A stretch of 13,292 nt of DNA from Desulfurococcales archaeon (lineage in GTDB: Archaea > Thermoproteota > Thermoprotei_A > Sulfolobales > NBVN01). The translations under genes were made by a program, and so were the position numbers. The notes under the pieces were generated by a model. It was not told the origin of the DNA, searched no databases, and worked only from the letters and a program-made list of their open reading frames with translations. The DNA lies in assembly GCA_021158735.1 (NCBI GenBank), contig JAGGUC010000082.1, positions 1 through 13,292 on the forward strand, given 5' to 3'. Positions within the stretch are counted from its first letter, which is position 1, and every line of letters begins with the position of its first letter. Positions 1 through 6,695 of the stretch are shown piece by piece.

Positions 1-1
1 G

Positions 2-850
2 AGGAGGGTTAATTACGTTAAGATATTATCGATCACGGGTATTGCACTATTCTTTGAGGTGATAGTACCTATAGGCGGCGTCACAGAGGTAGTTAAGGTG
101 TTGTTAGCTATTAAATTGAAGGTTTTACCTAGAGAGGAGGCTATAGCCTCATTGCTTATACATAGGGTTCTAACATCAGTGGGAATTATAGTTGTGTCAA
201 TAGCATCACTAATAGCTATTAAGGCTTCGCTCGCCGCTTTTGCTGGCCTGCTTATTCCGGCCATGGTTCTCCTTGCTATGAACATAGCATTGTGCTTAGT
301 TCCTGCATCTAAGAGAATAGAAGGTATATTAACTAAGTATGGGAGCAGATTTGGCTACGACTTTGAGGGGCTATCTTATGCATATGTTGAGAAGCTGATT
401 AGGATTAGGAGAGCTGTTCCCTTCATACTAATAGCGTTCTTATTCACTATACTTGAAAGACTACTCAATGGTTTTTACGGCTTATACGCTGCTTCGCTAA
501 TAGGTACGCAGATCACTTTGCCTGTGTCCTTACTCACTTTCGACACCATATACGCTATCCTCTGGCTTTTCCCGATCGTGACTCCAGGGCAATTAGGAAT
601 ATATGAATTCATCCAAACAGGCATCCTAGCACACCTAGGCGTTAGCCTTGACGAAGCCGCTGCAATGAGCATCATCTCTAGAGTGATATATGTTCTAGGT
701 GGGTATGTGGTATTTGCGATATTCATAGCCCTTCTAGGATTAAGCGTTAAGTCATTAATTGCTGAATTATCAGGGTCCGAGGTCACTAGTGGTAGAGAAG
801 AGAAAAGTATAGGATACGTCTGCTTCAATATTGTCGGTACGCATGCATAA
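2..850 (+). CDS. UPF0104 / lysyl-phosphatidylglycerol-synthase-TM-like (flippase-like) integral membrane protein, 5'-partial
   Basis: The frame is open from nt 2 with no stop before the ORF-track start at 59, so the N-terminus lies left of the window. Stop is TAA 848-850. The protein is strongly hydrophobic and multi-TM. It carries two copies of a helix pattern (IVPIGGVTEVV...ASLLIHRV and VTPGQLGIYEF...MSIISRV) that resembles the PGGxGxxE...R signature of the UPF0104 family. The family call is by eye only. Confidence 0.65.
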   Translation, partial: RRVNYVKILSITGIALFFEVIVPIGGVTEVVKVLLAIKLKVLPREEAIASLLIHRVLTSVGIIVVSIASLIAIKASLAAFAGLLIPAMVLLAMNIALCLVPASKRIEGILTKYGSRFGYDFEGLSYAYVEKLIRIRRAVPFILIAFLFTILERLLNGFYGLYAASLIGTQITLPVSLLTFDTIYAILWLFPIVTPGQLGIYEFIQTGILAHLGVSLDEAAAMSIISRVIYVLGGYVVFAIFIALLGLSVKSLIAELSGSEVTSGREEKSIGYVCFNIVGTHA

Positions 851-889
851 ATACCTTAATATCAACTAAATACCTTAGGTGGGAGCTTC

Positions 890-1255
890 ATGTCGACCGA
901 AGGTGCTGAGGTTGAAAGACTGAGGGAGAAGGTAATTCAGGTTCTAAGAAATGTGTATGATCCTGAAATACCCATTAATATCTGGGATCTAGGTCTGATC
1001 TATGATGTCGTAATATCTAATGGTGTTGTACATATTAGGATGACTCTCACATCACCTATGTGTCCAATAGCCTACGTGATTGTTCAACAGGTTACTGACG
1101 CGATTTCTAAAATAGAAGGGGTAAAGGACATTAAGGTAGACCTGGTATTTGACCCACCATGGGACCCCACGAAAATGACTGAGGAGGGACGGAGGTTATT
1201 CAAGAAGATATATGGGTACGATATCGTAGATGAATACCGGAAGCAGGAGAGGTGA
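890..1255 (+). CDS. DUF59 / MIP18-family (SufT/PaaD-like) Fe-S cluster assembly protein
   Basis: ATG 890, stop TGA 1253-1255. Motifs DPEIPINIWDLGLIYDV and TLTSPMCPIA (conserved Cys), plus the ~120 aa size, are typical of DUF59 proteins. SD-like AGGTGGGAG at 877-885. Confidence 0.85.
   Translation: MSTEGAEVERLREKVIQVLRNVYDPEIPINIWDLGLIYDVVISNGVVHIRMTLTSPMCPIAYVIVQQVTDAISKIEGVKDIKVDLVFDPPWDPTKMTEEGRRLFKKIYGYDIVDEYRKQER
1246..1255 (+). promoter_or_regulatory. Shine-Dalgarno site for moaB (GGAGAGGTGA)
   Basis: It is complementary to the conserved 3' end of 16S rRNA (..GAUCACCUCC..) and lies 8 nt upstream of TTG 1264. Similar sites precede moeA (2686-2695), PHP (6037-6050), hypC (8269-8279), hel308 (8580-8586) and pheT (complement of 12378-12387). 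Confidence 0.55.
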
Positions 1256-1263
1256 TTCAATAA

Positions 1264-1770
1264 TTGCCTATTAGTGAGCACCGGGCTAGAGCCTCTAAGA
1301 TTAAGGTTAAGTTCTGTTTAATAGTGACCAGCGATAGTGTGGTAGAAGGTAGGAGAAGGGACGAGGTTACTCCACTGGTTAAGAAGCTGATTTTAAGTAA
1401 AGGACACGAATTCGTAAGAGCTACGGTAGTACCCAACAGCGAGCCCAAAATACGTGAGATACTGAACTCCTTTCTGAGTATGTGCGACGTAGTGATAGTG
1501 TCGGGAGGGACAGGTCTTAGCAGTAGGGACGTCAGTATTGATGCTGTAAAAAGTTTGTGTTCCAAGGACATTCCAGGCTTTGGTGAGTTGTTTAGATATT
1601 TAATATTTAAGAGGTACGGTACTGCCGCATTAGCTACTAGAGCTATGGCATGCGTCTATGACCAGACGTTAGTGTTTGTCACTCCAGGCTCCGTGGATGC
1701 TGTTGAAATGGCTTTGAATGAGTTGATTCTTCCTGAAGTAAGCCACCTGATTTACGAGGTCAGAAAGTAG
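1264..1770 (+). CDS. moaB: Molybdenum cofactor biosynthesis protein B (MoaB/MogA family, MPT adenylyltransferase type)
   Basis: TTG start at 1264 lies 8 nt after the strong SD GGAGAGGTGA (1246-1255), which includes the stop codon of the upstream gene. MoaB-like features are CLIVTSDS..., VIVSGGTGLSSRDVS and PGFGELFR, at 168 aa. Stop TAG 1768-1770. Confidence 0.85.
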   Translation: MPISEHRARASKIKVKFCLIVTSDSVVEGRRRDEVTPLVKKLILSKGHEFVRATVVPNSEPKIREILNSFLSMCDVVIVSGGTGLSSRDVSIDAVKSLCSKDIPGFGELFRYLIFKRYGTAALATRAMACVYDQTLVFVTPGSVDAVEMALNELILPEVSHLIYEVRK

Positions 1771-1796
1771 TGATGTGGAACGTCTTCAAGCTCTGC

Positions 1797-1801
1797 TTTT
1801 T
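1797..1801 (+). terminator. Oligo-T tract downstream of moaB
   Basis: A T5 run lies 27 nt after the moaB stop, and archaeal RNA polymerase terminates at oligo-dT tracts. It is followed by the A/T-rich stretch AGATTTAAA, which could serve the surE promoter. Confidence 0.3.
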
Positions 1802-1857
1802 AGATTTAAACACCCTGATCTAGTGAGTTTACAAGGTATTGAGCGGAGCTGGTATGT

Positions 1858-2682
1858 ATGGGTAGGCATAAGATCTTACTGGTTAATGACGACGGGTTCA
1901 TGAGTAAGGGCCTCCCGCTCACGTATAGTGCCCTCCAAGATGTTGGAGACGTTATAGCAGTGGTTCCGGAAGTACCAAAGTCAGGTGGAGGACATTCAGT
2001 GACACTTCACAAACCCATTTTCGTCAGGGAGCTTCAGATATACGGTATGACCACCTACGTTATTAATGGAACGCCTGTGGATGCCATACATGTGGCAAGG
2101 AGTGTATTAGGGCTTGAGCCTGACCTAGTAGTCTCAGGAGTCAACATAGGTGAAAATACGTCGATGCAGAACATTCTTTACTCAGGAACTGTTGAAGCAG
2201 CTATTGAGGCTGGGTTATTCGGCTATCCATCTCTTTCATTCTCAGCTGACGTAGGAAGTGATGAGGCTTTCGAAGACCCTAGGTATGCTGCACTAGTAAG
2301 GAAGGTAGTCATTGCTGCATCAGCCTACATCTTAGAGCACGGGTGGTTTAAGGGTATTGACTGTATCTCAATCAATATACCGTCCATGTACAGCGTGAAA
2401 GGGGTTATTATGGCAAAAGCGCAGAAGCTGAGGTTTATTCAGAAATATGAAAAAAGAGTAGACCCACGAGGTAGGGAGTACTACTGGCTAGTAGGTGAGA
2501 GAGTCACTGAGCCTGAGACTGACTCACATTATCTCAGCCAGGGGTACGTAGTCGTTACACCTCTGCGCTCAGACTTAACACATCCTGGCTTGTGCGGCTG
2601 CCTTGAACTACCTGACGATATACATGACTTCATAAACCACCTTAATAAGGTACTTACTAACTTACCACGTAATTTAGTGTAA
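1858..2682 (+). CDS. surE: 5'/3'-nucleotidase SurE
   Basis: N-terminal KILLVNDDG, then GTPVDAIHVA, PDLVVSGVNIGEN and YSGTVEAAIEA are the canonical SurE motifs. ATG 1858, stop TAA 2680-2682. Confidence 0.9.
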   Translation: MGRHKILLVNDDGFMSKGLPLTYSALQDVGDVIAVVPEVPKSGGGHSVTLHKPIFVRELQIYGMTTYVINGTPVDAIHVARSVLGLEPDLVVSGVNIGENTSMQNILYSGTVEAAIEAGLFGYPSLSFSADVGSDEAFEDPRYAALVRKVVIAASAYILEHGWFKGIDCISINIPSMYSVKGVIMAKAQKLRFIQKYEKRVDPRGREYYWLVGERVTEPETDSHYLSQGYVVVTPLRSDLTHPGLCGCLELPDDIHDFINHLNKVLTNLPRNLV

Positions 2683-2698
2683 TTTGAGGAGAGGTCAC

Positions 2699-3976
2699 AT
2701 GGTTCGAAGGAGGTTAAAAGGTTTTTTAAAAATTGAAAATATTGATGTAGCACTTAATAGATTGTTAAACAGTGTAAAGGTGAGCCTGAACATTAAGCAA
2801 GTACGCATAGCTGAGGCTGTAGGTAGGGTCGCTGCTGAGGACATATACGCACCTCGAGAGTACCCGCCGTTTGATAGGGCTGCGGTAGACGGCTATGCTG
2901 TGAGATCTTCTGATACCTTCAGTGCTTCACCTACTAATCCAGCACTTCTTAAGTGCGTCGGAACTATTGACACATCAGTAATTAAGGACTATGGTTCAAT
3001 AGCATGGAGTCCACCTACTTTAGAGGAGGGTGAGACGTACCTAGTCTTTACGGGAGCCCCAATACCTGTTGGTGCCGATGCTGTAGTTCCCTTAGAAGAT
3101 ACTGTTACGCAGGGCAGGAACGTCTTAATACTTAAGCAGGTACCTCCTCTCGCTAACATATCAAGAAAAGGCGAGGACTTCAGGCGTGGTGATGTGATTC
3201 TGCGCAGAGGAGCCATTATTATGCCATGGCACGTAGCGGCCCTGGCCCAGGCGGGCATAGGTTATGTTAAGGTCTACCAACCTGTGCGTGTAGCTGTAGT
3301 TAATACAGGTGATGAGCTCACTGAAGTGGATAGCAATAGACCGGGCATTATTAATTCTGCAGGACCGCTCATAGAGGCCTACGTAAAACTCATTGGTTGT
3401 GATGCAGTGAGGCTAGGCATTGTTAAGGATGATGTGCAGGAAATTAGGGAGGTTGTTGAGAAGGGCCTAAAGGAGGCTGATGTAGTCGTTATTACCGGAG
3501 GTTCGTCCGTGGGTGGTAGGGATGTCGTCCCTGAGGCACTGTTCTCAGTAGGGAGGGCCGAATTGATTTTTCATGGAGTGAATTTAAGGCCTGGTAGGAC
3601 AGCAGGTGCCTTTATTATCAACGGCAAGCCTGTTTTAATGCTATCCGGACTTCCGGTTGCTTGCTATGTAGGTCTTGAGGTTATCCTTAAGCCACTGATA
3701 TATTACTTGCTGGGGACCCGTCCCCCACCTAAGGTAAGGGTAAGAGCTACTTTAACTAGAAGGGTCGTTAATGTTGTTGGATATAGGTCCTTTTATCGTG
3801 TGAGAGTTTACCGAGGTAGTGATGGAAGATTATACGCTGAGCCCTTAAGACTTACGGGCTCCGGGATCATTTCATCACTGATTAAAGGAAATGCGTTACT
3901 AATCATACCTGAGGATACAGAGGGTTTTGATGAAGGTGCTGAGGTGGAGGTAGAATTAATAGGTCCTATTGACTGA
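2699..3976 (+). CDS. moeA: Molybdopterin molybdenum/tungsten transferase MoeA
   Basis: MoeA signatures are AAVDGYAVRSSDT, FTGAPIPVGADAVVPLEDT, ISRKGEDFRRGD, VNTGDEL, ITGGSSVGGRDVVPEAL and LSGLPVA. I prefer ATG 2699, which follows SD GAGGAGAGGT (2686-2695), over the ORF-track TTG at 2684, which has no SD. Either is possible. Stop TGA 3974-3976. Confidence 0.9.
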   Translation: MVRRRLKGFLKIENIDVALNRLLNSVKVSLNIKQVRIAEAVGRVAAEDIYAPREYPPFDRAAVDGYAVRSSDTFSASPTNPALLKCVGTIDTSVIKDYGSIAWSPPTLEEGETYLVFTGAPIPVGADAVVPLEDTVTQGRNVLILKQVPPLANISRKGEDFRRGDVILRRGAIIMPWHVAALAQAGIGYVKVYQPVRVAVVNTGDELTEVDSNRPGIINSAGPLIEAYVKLIGCDAVRLGIVKDDVQEIREVVEKGLKEADVVVITGGSSVGGRDVVPEALFSVGRAELIFHGVNLRPGRTAGAFIINGKPVLMLSGLPVACYVGLEVILKPLIYYLLGTRPPPKVRVRATLTRRVVNVVGYRSFYRVRVYRGSDGRLYAEPLRLTGSGIISSLIKGNALLIIPEDTEGFDEGAEVEVELIGPID

Positions 3977-4537
3977 CCTGTCAAGGACGTACGCATGACT
4001 TAGCACAACACCTAAGGACCTCAGCTTTTTTGCACAATTACTGCAGTACTTCCAAGTCTTTCTGTCAGTATCGAATATAGTGTTGCTAAAGAACATTACG
4101 CAGGAAGGGTTGGAGCAGTGTCTTAAGCCGAGTACATGACCGATTTCGTGCATGACTTCCTTTCTTAAACGCTCAATAAATACATGTCTTGAGATATCCT
4201 CACTTCTAATCCATAACTTTAGTCTATACGTAAAAACTAATGCTACATTAAGCTGTGGGCTAGCAACACCAAATACGAAGTTAAGACCTTCTACATACCC
4301 GTCACCTTCAATTATTGCTAAAACCATCCTCTCACCGCCCCACTTACCGTAAACCCAGTTAAGGACTTCTTCAGCTCTGTATTGATTCCTGAAGGTATCT
4401 ATGAACTCACTGGGTACACTGCCATCGCTTAATGCTCTAACATTAGCATTGAAAGCTTCTGACACCAACACAGCAATTTCCTCTAAAACCTGACTATTCG
4501 TATTGTTGAATCCAATTACGTATATACTTAAAGCCAT
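3956..4537 (-). CDS. amzA: Archaemetzincin (zinc metalloprotease AmzA)
   Basis: Complete archaemetzincin signature HEIGHVLGLRHCSNPSCVMFF...(17 aa)...CSNC. HEIGH is encoded at 4136-4150 on the minus strand. Start is ATG 4537, or the adjacent TTG 4540 given in the ORF track. Stop TAA is the complement of 3956-3958. Confidence 0.9.
   Translation of the reverse strand: MALSIYVIGFNNTNSQVLEEIAVLVSEAFNANVRALSDGSVPSEFIDTFRNQYRAEEVLNWVYGKWGGERMVLAIIEGDGYVEGLNFVFGVASPQLNVALVFTYRLKLWIRSEDISRHVFIERLRKEVMHEIGHVLGLRHCSNPSCVMFFSNTIFDTDRKTWKYCSNCAKKLRSLGVVLSHAYVLDRSVNRTY
4026..4031 (+). terminator. Oligo-T tract downstream of moeA, embedded in antisense amzA coding sequence
   Basis: A T6 run lies 50 nt after the moeA stop. 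On the minus strand the same bases encode the KK of CAKKL in amzA. Confidence 0.25.
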
Positions 4538-4630
4538 CAATGCCCCAGTAAGTCATTATTGACTGAGCTAATTACTTTATAAGGACAGTGCATAGGCAAC
4601 CCGAACTGCGTTAAGTTAAATTATGTGCCG

Positions 4631-4641
4631 GTTCTATAATA
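4631..4641 (+). promoter_or_regulatory. TATA-like box candidate for the acyl-CoA synthetase gene
   Basis: GTTCTATAATA lies about 20 nt upstream of ATG 4658. A second A/T box, TTAAGTTAAATTAT, is at 4612-4625. No SD is present, which fits a short-leader or leaderless mRNA. The position alone does not decide between ATG 4658 and ATG 4679. Confidence 0.3.
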
Positions 4642-4657
4642 TCGTAGCAGTGGTAGC

Positions 4658-6070
4658 ATGTGGGGCGGTAAGCTAGAGATGCTTTTTAATCCGTCATCAG
4701 TAGCTGTCATCGGTGCCTCAGAAAAGCCTGGCACTGTTGGTAGGGCAATAATGCAAAATCTTCTCACGCGGTTCAAGGGAAATGTATACCCTGTCAATAT
4801 AAAGTATGATAAGGTATTTGGCATTAAGTGCTTCAAGTCAGTACTTGAAATTAAGGAAATGATCGACTTGGCCGTTATTGCAGTGCCGGCTAGGTTCACA
4901 CCAGGCATCGTGAGGGAGTGCGGTGAAAAACGTGTGTCGGCAGCCATTGTAATTAGTGCTGGATTTAAGGAGACAGGTGAGGAGGGTGCCAAGCTAGAGG
5001 AAGAGTTAGTCTCCATTGCCCGCAGATATGGTGTGAGAGTTTTAGGTCCTAACTGCTTGGGAGTTTATGATGCTCATACCGGGCTAGACACGATATTTAA
5101 TCCTAATGACAGGCAGGCAAAGCCGGGGCCAGGTAATGTTGCATTCATATCTCAGTCGGGTGCATTGGGCGCTGCAATTCTAGACTGGCTGACCGAAGCC
5201 GGGGTAGGTATGAGTAAGTTCATTAGCTACGGTAATGCAGCAGATATTAAGGAGTGGGAATTAATAGAGTATCTGGCGGACGACAATAAAACTAAGGTAA
5301 TAATAGCTTATATAGAGGGTGTTGAGGAGGGCATTAAATTCATTCGCGCAATAAAGAAGTCCGTAGTCAGGCGCAAGCCCGTAGTGGTACTTAAGGCAGG
5401 AAAATCAAACAGAGGCCTCAGAGCTGTTGCATCTCATACGGGTTCATTAGCAGGCAGGTATGAAGTTTATGAGTCAGCCCTTAAGCAGTTCGGTGCATTA
5501 GTTGTTAAGGAATTGAATGAACTTATAGTTGCCGCTAAGGCTCTATCATGGCTACCTGTACCTAAAGGTGAGAGAATAGCCATAGTAACTAATGGTGGGG
5601 GTGCTGGAGTACTAGCTACTGACGCGACCGAGCTATCAGGATTAACACTGGCTGAATTAAGCCCAGAAACCAAGAATAAATTAAGAAATAAGCTACCATC
5701 AGCTGCTTCAGTAGAGAACCCAGTAGATGTGTTAGGTGATGCGTCACCCGAGCGTTATGAAGTCGCTATTCAGGAGGTACTAAGCGATAAGAATGTTGAT
5801 GCGGTCTTAGTGATCGGGATAATGCAGTCACCGGCCTTCGACCCCGCTGGCATACTTCAGGTACTAAAGAACTGTGTTAGCAAGTACAGTAAGCCTATTG
5901 TAGTTGCTGCACCGGGCGGTGAGTATACTGCTGACAAATTAAGGAGAATAGAGCAGGAAGTAAGAATACCTACATTTAAGACACCTGAAGAGGCAGTCAG
6001 TGCTTTGCGGTACGTGATGTATTGGAGCAGGGTGCTGAGGAGGCTAGGAGATAGTGCTAATAAAAGCTGA
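4658..6070 (+). CDS. NDP-forming acyl/acetyl-CoA synthetase, alpha subunit (CoA-binding plus CoA-ligase flavodoxin domains)
   Basis: N-terminal LFNPSSVAVIGASEKPGTVG is a CoA-binding Rossmann motif. ISQSGALG is present. ASHTGSLAG has its His codon at 5435-5437 and resembles the phosphohistidine loop of this superfamily. At 470 aa it matches stand-alone ACD alpha subunits. No ATP-grasp beta subunit lies in the window. Alternative start is ATG 4679. Confidence 0.85.
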   Translation: MWGGKLEMLFNPSSVAVIGASEKPGTVGRAIMQNLLTRFKGNVYPVNIKYDKVFGIKCFKSVLEIKEMIDLAVIAVPARFTPGIVRECGEKRVSAAIVISAGFKETGEEGAKLEEELVSIARRYGVRVLGPNCLGVYDAHTGLDTIFNPNDRQAKPGPGNVAFISQSGALGAAILDWLTEAGVGMSKFISYGNAADIKEWELIEYLADDNKTKVIIAYIEGVEEGIKFIRAIKKSVVRRKPVVVLKAGKSNRGLRAVASHTGSLAGRYEVYESALKQFGALVVKELNELIVAAKALSWLPVPKGERIAIVTNGGGAGVLATDATELSGLTLAELSPETKNKLRNKLPSAASVENPVDVLGDASPERYEVAIQEVLSDKNVDAVLVIGIMQSPAFDPAGILQVLKNCVSKYSKPIVVAAPGGEYTADKLRRIEQEVRIPTFKTPEEAVSALRYVMYWSRVLRRLGDSANKS

Positions 6071-6695
6071 CTTCCACATACATTCTCTGGTCAGCGATGG
6101 CTCGATGCACCCGAGAGATGTACCAAGGCTTGCTAGAAAAAAAGGCTTTAAAGCTATAGCCGTTACTGACCATGACAGCTTCAGAGGAAGTGTGATTGCT
6201 AATAAGGAGAGCAGTGGAAGCGTATTGGTACTACATGGTGCTGAAGTACGGACAGAGTATGGTGATGTCCTGGTACTGTGTCCGCATCCAATAACTATCC
6301 ATAAGAAACTAAGTGTTTTAGTAACCCACGCACGCTCAAATAATTGCCTCCTCATACCTGCACATCCCTTTGATGTGGTTAGGGCTGGAGTGGGGAGGCT
6401 CGCCCACCTCAAGATCTGGGACGGCATCGAGTGCTGGAATGGGTTCAGCGACCCATTAACAAATATGTTGGCATGGACTACTTTGAGGGACATACACAGC
6501 GCGAGTATTGCGAATTCTGATGCGCATGTACCTGAGATGATCGGTGTGCCGTACAACATTGTTGATGTAGATGACCTGACATATGACGACCTGCTTGAGG
6601 CTTTAAGGAAAGGACGTCTAAAGCCCGTGCCTGGTTACATGCTAAGCGGGCTGGCAAGCAAGTGGTCATGGTCCATCAGAAGACGTGTGCGTTAG
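6054..6695 (+). CDS. PHP-domain metal-dependent phosphoesterase (small, stand-alone)
   Basis: PHP motif series: ADFHIHS (HxH), AVTDHDS, LHGAEV, IPAHP, NSDAHVP. GTG start 6054 follows GAGGAGG (6037-6043) and AGGAG (6046-6050). It overlaps the upstream gene by 17 nt. Stop TAG 6693-6695. Confidence 0.85.
   Translation: MLIKADFHIHSLVSDGSMHPRDVPRLARKKGFKAIAVTDHDSFRGSVIANKESSGSVLVLHGAEVRTEYGDVLVLCPHPITIHKKLSVLVTHARSNNCLLIPAHPFDVVRAGVGRLAHLKIWDGIECWNGFSDPLTNMLAWTTLRDIHSASIANSDAHVPEMIGVPYNIVDVDDLTYDDLLEALRKGRLKPVPGYMLSGLASKWSWSIRRRVR

Noticed and set aside
1770-1818. Possible box C/D sRNA after moaB (GUGAUGU at 1770-1776 and CUGA at 1815-1818, 38 nt apart)
   Set aside because: The outer spacing is compatible, but there is no credible internal D'/C' pair: the expected positions read AGCU and CUUUUUA. 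No terminal stem is present either. The T5 run and A/T box here are explained more simply as the moaB terminator and surE promoter.
6137-6143. A7 run (AGAAAAAAAGG) inside the PHP gene as a possible slippery or frameshift site
   Set aside because: The PHP reading frame continues uninterrupted through it (ARKKG), with motifs on both sides in the same frame. No alternative-frame ORF follows.
6044-6559. 171-aa ORF antisense to the PHP gene
   Set aside because: The product is Ser/Thr/Leu/Pro-rich with no recognisable motif. The opposite strand encodes a complete PHP motif series, so this is a typical shadow ORF.
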